NCBI GenBank assembly: GCA_019695345.1
Contig: JAIBAE010000021.1
Span: forward strand, 1 to 57,335
Direction of reading: 5' to 3'
Source: Bacteroidota bacterium
GTDB lineage: Bacteria > Bacteroidota > Ignavibacteria > Kapaibacteriales > NICIL-2
DNA: 57,335 bases
This document shows, in pieces, positions 30,100-38,700 of this stretch. The translations under genes and the position numbers were made by a program. A model generated the notes under the pieces. The model was not told the DNA's origin, made no database searches, and saw nothing but the letters and a program-made list of their open reading frames with translations. How positions within the stretch are numbered: the stretch's first letter is position 1; each line of letters opens with the position of its first letter.

Positions 30100-31431
30100 T
30101 TATCCTTTACCTATTATCTTCACAACCGACCACGTTTCGGGCGTGCAAAACTGCTCGGCAAGGTACTTCATGTCTTGCAGGGTAACAGCATCAATAGCCG
30201 CAATGGTTGCCATAACATCTTCGTGCGCGCCTTCTTCCATTTCCATTTTGGCTAATGTTTGCATCCGTGCCGACATGCTTTCTAACGCCATAATTGTTGA
30301 TGATTTTAATTGCTCTTTTGCGCGTTGTAATTCGCGAGCGGGAATAGTATCGGTTATCAGCTTTTGTAACTCTGCCGCAATTAATGTTTCTGTTCTCTGT
30401 AGTGTTGCTGTTTCTGTTCCTGCATAAATAGAAAGTATGCCGCAGTCGGTAAGTAACTGCAACGATGAATACACCGTGTATGCCGATGCACTTTTCTCGC
30501 GGATGCGTTGGTGAAGGCGCGAGCTCATACCATCGCCAAGAATTGTGTTTAACAAGCTCAGTGCATAACGCTGTTTAGACTGCGCACCAAACGTGCGGCG
30601 TATAAGCAGTAAATGCGATTGCTGAAATGTACGTTCTGTTTCGATATGTTTAGGTGTAAACATACGTGGCAGTGTGCGTTTGTGTTGTACAACTTTGCGT
30701 CTGCGTTTGTACTTCCCAAAGTACCGTTCTACCATTGCAACTGCGTTACTGTGCGATATATTGCCTGCAATAGCAATCACAATGTTATCGGGTGTGTAAT
30801 ATGATGTATGGAAATCATGAAGTTGTGTTGCTGTAATATTCTTTACGGTGTCGGCATAGCCAATAATAGGATTACCCAGCGCGTGTTTACCAAACACCGA
30901 TTTTTCGCCAATATCCAGAATAAACTCTTCGGGTTCGTCGTCGTACGATTTGATTTCTTCTAAAATCACATTACGTTCTTTGCGAATATCCTCAGCCCGG
31001 AAAGCCGGGTTCATGGTAACATCGGCAACAAGCTCTACGGTTTTCTCAAAATGGTGAGAAAGTGCACGCACATAGTAGCACGTTTGTTCTTTAGAAGTAA
31101 ATGCGTTGATATACGCGCCTAACGATTCAAACTGCGATGCAATCTGTTTGGAACTGCGCGATGTGGTTCCCCTAAACACAGCATGTTCGGTAAAATGTGC
31201 AATGCCTGCTTGTAGCGGTTGTTCGTCGCGGGCTCCTACATCAATCCAAACACCAAGCGAGAAAGACTGCACCGTAGGTACTTCTTCGCTTATAATCCGT
31301 ATTCCGTTTGCAAGAGTACTTTTTTTGTACGTAGTAGTAAAAGGTTCGTGGGCGGGTAACTGAGTAACGTTGTTTCTATATCGTTTCATTTCAAAAGGTC
31401 TGTGATAAATCGTTTCAAAATTAGGAAACAT
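30100..31431 (-). CDS. M16-family (pitrilysin/insulinase-like) zinc peptidase
   Basis: Inverted zinc-binding motif HxxEH (GIAHFTEHAVFRG) with a downstream Glu. 443 aa. The start could be the internal MKRYRN. Confidence 0.8.
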   Translation of the reverse strand: MFPNFETIYHRPFEMKRYRNNVTQLPAHEPFTTTYKKSTLANGIRIISEEVPTVQSFSLGVWIDVGARDEQPLQAGIAHFTEHAVFRGTTSRSSKQIASQFESLGAYINAFTSKEQTCYYVRALSHHFEKTVELVADVTMNPAFRAEDIRKERNVILEEIKSYDDEPEEFILDIGEKSVFGKHALGNPIIGYADTVKNITATQLHDFHTSYYTPDNIVIAIAGNISHSNAVAMVERYFGKYKRRRKVVQHKRTLPRMFTPKHIETERTFQQSHLLLIRRTFGAQSKQRYALSLLNTILGDGMSSRLHQRIREKSASAYTVYSSLQLLTDCGILSIYAGTETATLQRTETLIAAELQKLITDTIPARELQRAKEQLKSSTIMALESMSARMQTLAKMEMEEGAHEDVMATIAAIDAVTLQDMKYLAEQFCTPETWSVVKIIGKG

Positions 31432-31470
31432 TCAACGGATAGCAGAGAAAAATACTGTAACGGAAGTCTG

Positions 31471-31556
31471 CATGGCTTCCCACTTGCGCCGTAGCAATCC
31501 GCCAGCGCCGTCACACGGGCGGAGCCAATCGGTACAGCATCGCAGTGAATGTTATG
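31471..31556. repeat. Family B dispersed repeat (reverse-type variant)
   Basis: …GCGCCGTCACACGGGCGGAGCCAATCGGTACAGCATCGCAG. Compare 46808 and 54502: GCCGTCACCCGGGCGGAGCCAACCGTTCAGCGTCGCAG. Confidence 0.55.
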
Positions 31557-31877
31557 TAGCCTTTATGATTTACCGGAATACTGTTATCTCAGCATAAAAC
31601 ATAAACTTACGTTTTACCACCGTAGAAAATGAGTACCGCCCCAACCAAAAACAATTATTACGTTTGCTAAGATTTTGCTAAGAAATGTTTCTGTTGAGAA
31701 AAAGTACATTTGTAATGATTACGTTATATAATAGTGTTTTGTTATTGCACCAATCAATTGTATGTTTGGAACAACGTAAAACAACAAGGCAACATATAGG
31801 TAAAAAGTAGATTAGTATTTGAAATATAATTAAGCGTTAGTTACTGGATTCTACGTGAAAATCTTGCAGGGTTAAAT

Positions 31878-31936
31878 GAATCAGAATACAGTAAGGGAAC
31901 GCCCGTTCGCGGGCGCGTTCTTTATTGTTCTGGTTC
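31878..31936 (+). promoter_or_regulatory. Conserved leader palindrome / terminator-like hairpin upstream of paralog A1
   Basis: GAATCAGAA…GGAACGCCCG-TTC-GCGGGCGCGTTC followed by TTTATTGTTCTGGTTC. About 130 bp upstream of the start codon. Conserved in the duplicate copy (34244-34303). Confidence 0.45.
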
Positions 31937-32063
31937 ACGGTTACCTGCAAGTACCGCACGTAGGACATAATGAATTGCCGCCCGTTTTTGCACATGGGAT
32001 AAAGGGAGCAAGGTGTGTTAAGGTGGGCTTATGGTTTTACTCACATTATAATAGGAGTTCTTT

Positions 32064-33374
32064 ATGAAACTCAGATTTGTTTTTTGTTGGGCAATCTTGT
32101 TATGCCTGACACACACACTTGCACGGGCCGGTAGTATCAATGATACTGTTTGGACAAAGCGGCTAAAGTCACCTATAAGTTTTATTACTTTTTCTCCTAA
32201 GGGTAATTTTATTGTCGTTGTATCCGACACAACTACCTATCTCTATGATAAAAACGGAACAGTTATCAATTCAAAAATTCCATCTCCGACAGGGCCAATG
32301 GGTAGTAGCAATCTTCAAGTGTTTATCACACAAGACGAACAACGAATAATCATGCAACATGATTCTGTTATACAGAGTTATGATGTTAAAACAGGAGAAC
32401 TCTTGAGGTCATTTGATGTTGATACAACACTATTCCGCATTGCAGCCATAAGCCCGAATGAACGATATTGCCTAACGCTTCAAAGTAGAAGTGGTGGTAT
32501 GTTTGATTCTGAAAATGGTTGGAAGGTATGGGATATGCAAACTGGAAAAGTATTGTATTCTAAGGATTATCAGAAAGAACCTGATTTTGATGTTGTAGCT
32601 CCATTACAAGGTAACGTTCTTTGTCAATCAAACAGAATAGTTGTACTGGAATATCGGAGATACAAAAATTCTTCTCGTACGCAGTTTACGACTCTGGTTT
32701 ATGACATCGAAACTCAACAAGTAACAGATACAATATTAAACACTCAAGAAGGATATAGTTTCAATGTCTCGCCTGATTGTAATTATTTCCAGTTTAGAAC
32801 CGATAGAACAGACTCCGGGATTGTTGTAAATAACCTAAAAACAGGAAAAGAACTATACAAGGTAAGATGCTTTGGAAGCACCTCAAGCACCATTGCCTTC
32901 ACACCCGACGAAAAGTATATAGCTATTGGAGACCCAAGTGCAGGAACAATCAAAATACTTAACTCAATTACTGGAGAGTTAACATGGAATGCCCCCGGTT
33001 CAGTTTATGGAATTAGTTTTAATAATGATTATTTGATGGCAATGTATCTACAAGAGTATTTAGTTTTAGCAAAACCAAAATTAAGTTCCACTAGTGTTAC
33101 TGGTAATGATATTATTGAAACAGATAATGTTCTCTATCCCAATCCAAACAGCGGTATGGTAAGCTATAGTATTACTTTAGATAAACCAAGTACCATCATC
33201 AACGAAGTTGTTTCTGTATCAGGTGAAATTTCTTTTCGGAACGAAACCCCATTGTTAGAATCCGGGAAACAAACAATTACCATTCCATTAGATAGTGTTG
33301 CTAACGGAGAATATCTGTTGAAGGTAAACGCCGGAACCAAAAGCATTACGTACAAACTTATCATTAACAAATAG
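32064..33374 (+). CDS. T9SS-secreted beta-propeller (WD40/PQQ-like) protein, paralog A1
   Basis: Signal peptide MKLRFVFCWAILLCLT. Beta-propeller-like blades. The C-terminal T9SS-like sorting domain (…YPNPNSGMVSYSITLDK…EYLLKVNAGTKSITYKLIINK) is identical to that of paralog A2. AGGAG SD upstream. Confidence 0.75.
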   Translation: MKLRFVFCWAILLCLTHTLARAGSINDTVWTKRLKSPISFITFSPKGNFIVVVSDTTTYLYDKNGTVINSKIPSPTGPMGSSNLQVFITQDEQRIIMQHDSVIQSYDVKTGELLRSFDVDTTLFRIAAISPNERYCLTLQSRSGGMFDSENGWKVWDMQTGKVLYSKDYQKEPDFDVVAPLQGNVLCQSNRIVVLEYRRYKNSSRTQFTTLVYDIETQQVTDTILNTQEGYSFNVSPDCNYFQFRTDRTDSGIVVNNLKTGKELYKVRCFGSTSSTIAFTPDEKYIAIGDPSAGTIKILNSITGELTWNAPGSVYGISFNNDYLMAMYLQEYLVLAKPKLSSTSVTGNDIIETDNVLYPNPNSGMVSYSITLDKPSTIINEVVSVSGEISFRNETPLLESGKQTITIPLDSVANGEYLLKVNAGTKSITYKLIINK

Positions 33375-33386
33375 GGATGTACAACC

Positions 33387-33860
33387 ATGAAAAACCTAAT
33401 CATTTTGGTAACAATATTCGTTACCACACTTTCGGCGTATGCACAAAACAATATTAACCCACAACCCCTCGGTACCTTCACTACCGATAACATTGATTGG
33501 AATAGTACTGTATTTAACACTAACATCAACTATTTTGTCCGCTCATGGAATTGGGCTCGCCCCTGTAAAAAGCTCGATGATGCCTTGTACATTAACAGCT
33601 ATCACAACATAAATTTCGACAACATCATCGAAACCAATCTCGACGTACCCGATAATCTACCCGTGTTTCAACAACTCTACGGCGACCCCAACAACTGGTG
33701 GCGAGGTGCAGGATTAACCCAATCTTGGAGCACACCAAGTTTATTTAATACACAAAGTATGTGTTACCACCCCGAACTAACAGTCGACACAACGGACAGT
33801 TTTCAACCCATGTTGAACGATGCTCAAGGCGCAGTATTTGGGTGGTTAAATAATATGTAA
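33387..33860 (+). pseudogene. Truncated 5' copy (157 codons) of the 1767-aa giant T9SS protein gene
   Basis: The first ~150 codons are near-identical at DNA level to 35758..36210. The reading frame ends where a dispersed-repeat copy (33862-33920) interrupts the homology. Confidence 0.75.
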
Positions 33861-33861
33861 T

Positions 33862-33920
33862 CCCGCTTACGCCGAAACGAAACTCAAGCGCGCCAACCCT
33901 GTGCGAACCAACCGTTTACC
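33862..33920. repeat. Family B dispersed repeat (reverse-type) at a segmental-duplication junction
   Basis: CCGCTTACGCCGAAACGAAACTCAAGCGCGCCAACCCTGTGCGAACCAACCGTTTACC. It sits exactly where homology between the truncated (33387-33860) and full-length (35758-) gene copies ends. Confidence 0.65.
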
Positions 33921-34243
33921 TATCGCAATCATATTGTGTAGGTTATCCACATGAGTAGAAAATGAGTACCACATGAGTAGAAAATGAGTACCACCCTATT
34001 AAAAAACATTATTTACGTTTGCTAAGATTTTGCTAAGATTTTGCTAAGAAATCTACATCAATACATTAAACATATTTGAATTGTAAGAACTGATAAGAAT
34101 TGTCTTTGCCGTTGAACCAATCAATTGTAAGTTTGGAGCAAGGTAAAACAATAGGCATCAGGATATACATATAGTCATTTAGTTTTTTGATACATAGTTA
34201 GCGTTTGTTACTGGATTCCATACTAAAACTTGCCAAGTTATTG

Positions 34244-34303
34244 AATCAGAATCACAGTAAAGGAACGCCCGCTTGCGGGCGCGTTCTTTATTGTTCTGAT
34301 TCA
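34244..34303 (+). promoter_or_regulatory. Conserved leader palindrome / terminator-like hairpin upstream of paralog A2
   Basis: GAATCAGAATCACAGTAAAGGAACGCCCGC-TTG-CGGGCGCGTTCTTTATTGTTCTGATTC. The outer GAATCAGAA/TTCTGATTC arms and the inner GC-rich arms are both inverted. Confidence 0.45.
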
Positions 34304-34428
34304 CGGTTCTGGCAAGTACCGAGTATGGAGCATAAATGAAATGCCGCCCGTTTTTGCACATGGGAAAAAGGGAGCAAGGTGTGTTGAGGTGGGCTACTTG
34401 TTTTACTCACATTTTTTAGGAGTTCTTT

Positions 34429-35745
34429 ATGAAACTCAGATTTGTTTTTTGTTGGGCAATCTTGTTATGCCTAACCAACATACTGTTATGTGCCGGAGGT
34501 ACCGAAGATACCGTTTGGACGCGGCGGCTAAAGTCACCAATAAGTTTTATTACCTTTTCACCTAAGGGTAATGTTATTGCTGTTGTGTCTGACACAACAA
34601 CCTATCTCTATGATAAGAACGGAATGGTCATCAGTTCAAACATTCCATCTCCAACAGGACCACTGACTAGTTTTAATAATAAAGTTTTTTTCGTGCAAAA
34701 TGAAGAAAACATATTGATGTTACATGACTCTGTAATACAGATATATAGCACACAAACAGGTGATTTGGTTCAATCATTTGATATAGATACAACATTGATT
34801 CGTATAGAGGGCATAAGCTCAGATGAGCAATATTGTTTAACAATACAAAGTAGAAGCGGAGGAATGTTTGATTCTCAAATTGGTTGGAAAATATGGGATA
34901 TGAAAACAGGAAAAGTACTAAAGTATAAAGAGTATAACGAGCCGCTTCCGAATGTCCGTAAAGTATCTCCATATATGGGTACATTTTTGTGTTCAGGTAA
35001 CAAAGTAGCTATAAAGGAATTTAAATATTACAATTCACCACCCGGAACATCAACTACGTACACAGTTATTTACGACGTAGAAACGCTTACTCCTTTAGAT
35101 ACAATTCAGGAAGAAGAAAAATCGTGGAAATTTACCATGTCACCGCAATGTACGTACATAGCATATAATTTACAACGCAATGATACCGGAATAAAAATCT
35201 ACAATGTAGCCACTAAAAAACTTGTGCGCTCACTTCGATGCAATGGCAATTCTGCCAGTACAATAGCATTTACTAATGATGATCAATATATTATAGTTGG
35301 GAATGTTGGTACTAACACTATAGATGTTACAAAGGTATCAACCGGAGAAAATGTATGGCATTTAGAAGGCACTACTCCACAGGGAATAAGTATCACAAGT
35401 GATAATTATTTGGCATTATTTGTTTCGTACCATTTGGATTTATACAAGCCAAATTTCCTAACAAGTGTTTCCGATATATCTCATCAAACAATTAACACAG
35501 TCATCTATCCAAATCCGGCAATTAAGGATTTACAATTAGGGGTAGAAATAGTATCACCATCAAGTGTAAAAATAGAAATAATATCTTTAATCGGAGTAGT
35601 AGTTTATCAAACAGAAACCCCACTACTCAACTCCGGTAATCAAACAATAACCATACCGTTAGAGAGTGTTGCTAACGGAGAATATCTGTTGAAGGTAAAC
35701 GCCGGAACCAAAAGCATTACGTACAAACTTATCATTAACAAATAG
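34429..35745 (+). CDS. T9SS-secreted beta-propeller (WD40/PQQ-like) protein, paralog A2
   Basis: Same N-terminal 16 aa and same C-terminal ~35 aa as A1 (identical DNA). The core is only about 45-55% identical by eye. SD AGGAG upstream. Confidence 0.75.
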   Translation: MKLRFVFCWAILLCLTNILLCAGGTEDTVWTRRLKSPISFITFSPKGNVIAVVSDTTTYLYDKNGMVISSNIPSPTGPLTSFNNKVFFVQNEENILMLHDSVIQIYSTQTGDLVQSFDIDTTLIRIEGISSDEQYCLTIQSRSGGMFDSQIGWKIWDMKTGKVLKYKEYNEPLPNVRKVSPYMGTFLCSGNKVAIKEFKYYNSPPGTSTTYTVIYDVETLTPLDTIQEEEKSWKFTMSPQCTYIAYNLQRNDTGIKIYNVATKKLVRSLRCNGNSASTIAFTNDDQYIIVGNVGTNTIDVTKVSTGENVWHLEGTTPQGISITSDNYLALFVSYHLDLYKPNFLTSVSDISHQTINTVIYPNPAIKDLQLGVEIVSPSSVKIEIISLIGVVVYQTETPLLNSGNQTITIPLESVANGEYLLKVNAGTKSITYKLIINK

Positions 35746-35757
35746 GGATGTACAACC

Positions 35758-38700
35758 ATGAAAAACCTAATCATTTTGGTAACAATATTCGTTACCACAC
35801 TTTCGGCGTATGCACAAAACAATATTAACCCACAACCTCTCGGTACCTTCACTACCGATAACATTGATTGGAACAGTACTGTATTTAACACTAACATCAA
35901 CTATTTTGTCCGCTCATGGAATTGGGCTCGCCCCTGTAAAAAGCTCGATGATGCCTTGTACATAAACAGCTATCACAATATAAGCTTTGATAACATCATT
36001 GAAACCAATCTCGACGTACCCGATAATCTACCCGTGTTTCAACAACTCTACGGCGACCCCAACAACTATTGGCGAGGTGCAGGATTAACCCAATCTTGGA
36101 GCACACCAAGTTTATTTAATACACAAAGTATGTGTTACCACCCCGAACTAACAGTTGACACAACGGACAGTTTTCAACCCATGTTGAACGATGCTCAAGG
36201 TGCAGTATTTGGTTGGCTAACCAAACAACTTGGCGCACGTGGCACCGGAACCGACCAATGGCGTTGGGTTTTGCAAGCAAATCAAGTAAGTGGTACACGT
36301 GTTAAAGTTCTTTCCAATGCTTGGAAACCTGATGCCTTTACGTTTCTTGATTGGTTAATTAATCAAGGTGATCTGGCTGACACGTGGGCTACAGGCATGA
36401 ATGATTTACAAACTGGTTCTATTCTTGATACAGGTTTCTACCATCCCCGTAACGGTAAAAGAATGTACTGCACCATCAACCTGCGTGCAACAAATACATC
36501 ACAAATAGCACAACATCTCGATGACCCTGTACTGGCAATCCGGCTTCCGTATGTATTGTATGATTCTGCTTCAGGAAACAGTACAAACGGGGTTATTGTA
36601 TTTGATTCATTACCGAATGCAAATGCCACACTAACGCAAATAGTTGGGCGCAATGCAAACGATACACGTGGGATGTATCGCCCGCAACAACTTTCCCGCG
36701 ATACCATAATTATCATAACAGGAAGGATGTTACAAAACGCCAATACCGATAACAGTGTAACACTTTCAGGATTTTTCTTTGCTGATGGTTTAACTCACCA
36801 AGGAGTTTATGACAACAACCCAAGGTTTAAGGATGAGCGTGGCGACATACAAGCATCTTTGCAAAGTATTATAAAATTAGATGTTGAGGCTTACTATTAC
36901 GGCAATGTAGATGTTGCAATAGATTATATAAGAATAGAAACACAACAAGCCCGCAAAATATACTTTGGTTCAATAGATAACCCTGCCCGTGATTCTTTAC
37001 AAGAAACAATAATACGTTTTATACTTAATAGTAAGCACCCACGCCTTGCACGTATTTATGGAGTAGAAGAGCGAAGACAATCATGGTGGGGTGTTAACCG
37101 CTATTTCAATAAACTGATGAATGATAATGCCACAACCGAACTGGGTATTCATGAAAATTCACCGTACAGCCATTATATGCATGCAACTGGGTATAAAGAG
37201 CTTTGGAATGCATATACGTTGTTATTTAATGCAGGTGTTGCAGCTCCTTATCTACGATATGCTCATCATGATTCTGTAGGTACTGGTAATAATATGCATA
37301 ACGTCTTTTCAGCAAGAACTTTTGGGTTTATGGCCGGATATAGTGGTAATGATTGGCTTACAAATCTACCACCATCCAACTGGGATACGCTTAAATCACA
37401 TTACGAAACCATTATCAACTCTTCAACACAACCCGGACTTACCGGATTTGCAAATAATTCCTATGCTCCGTACCAAAAATTTAATAGTGGTAGTGCAACG
37501 CATTATACCCTAGGGGTTCAATTTGAAATTGAACAACAGTTATACCAACGGTATTACAAACAAAATGCCTTCTTGTTTGGCTCAACAAAATGGTGGGCTA
37601 ACATTTGGGCTTCATCATGGGGGTGGCGTTTGGATAATAGTATTAATACAGCAAAGTTGAACGCTAATGAGGTACGCCCTAAAACAGGGGAAGAGCTACA
37701 ATATATACTTTGGAACACAATATTAATGGGTGCTAAAGGTATTCAATATTATGCTGATATAAGTTTACCTAATGAAGGTACTGGTTTTGGTGCATTAGTT
37801 GGTTATATAGTTCGTGACCCACTTGGATATGCGAACAATAATTATCCAACGGGTAACGCCTTGCTGTATTCTGATGTAGCAGGCACGGATTGGATGGATT
37901 TAAATGATATACAAAGTAATAATTGGAGCAACATTGTTCATATACAAAATAATTGGTTGAATTTAATGGGTACAGACCAAAATCATATTTATGTAGGTAT
38001 GAAAACACCCCGAGTGGTTACGTCAAAAATAAATAAATGGATTTCCGACAATGAACAAGAGTTATTGGCATTGAAATTACAGGCATGGTATGGTAAAGGG
38101 TTTGTAAAAATGTACACTCAACATAGTCAGTATCAGGTAAACGATACACTGTTAGGTCATTATGTTAATCTATCAGGGCTAAAATCGCGTCCAATCAACC
38201 GAGTTCATCAAGATGGAACACCTTACTATGAAAACGAATCGTTACAGAATGGAGATTCAACCTTTGCTGATGTAATGTTACATAAACATTCATCATTTTC
38301 ATTAGACAGTGTGTTTTATCTTGGTGTGCAATCACGTAGAACAGACCCACTCTTCAGAGAAAGTTCCTATAATAATGGCGAAATGACTTTTATACCTACA
38401 GCAGATTGGGATAACCTCATGCAAAACGGTGGAACATATTGGCGTGACAACAATAGTCAAACAACCGCTTGGTGGCAAGACAAATACTGGAAACGACAAG
38501 GATGTAGAGAAATCACAATTCCATTTAACTATTCCACATTGCCAAGTGAACCCCGATTACTCCATGTACAGGAAGTAGGAGGAGGAATAGATACGATAAT
38601 AAGAACAACAGGAAAATTGGCAATCAGGTTTACTCCCGGGGAGGGCAAGCTTTTGAGAGTTACAATCCAACGGGCAAGGTTAGATGTAGCAGAAGGAGAA

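Larger units (their letters stand above)
31615..33860 (+). repeat. Segmental duplication unit 1 (about 2.25 kb): leader + paralog A1 + truncated 5' end of giant gene
   Basis: Collinear with 33945-36200. The 5' leader (about 450 bp) is 80-90% identical, gene cores are diverged, and the last ~100 bp of the A gene plus the first ~450 bp of the next gene are more than 99% identical. Confidence 0.8.
33945..36200 (+). repeat. Segmental duplication unit 2 (contains intact paralog A2 and the start of the full-length giant gene)
   Basis: See unit 1. Short tandem motifs differ in copy number between the units (GCTAAGATTTT x2 vs x3; CATGAGTAGAAAATGAGTACCA x1 vs x2). Confidence 0.8.

Noticed and set aside
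31615-36200. Diversity-generating retroelement explaining the diverged cores of paralog pairs
   Set aside because: There is no reverse transcriptase gene and no template/variable repeat pair with adenine-specific substitutions. Divergence spans hundreds of codons including indels, which fits gene conversion or cassette replacement instead.
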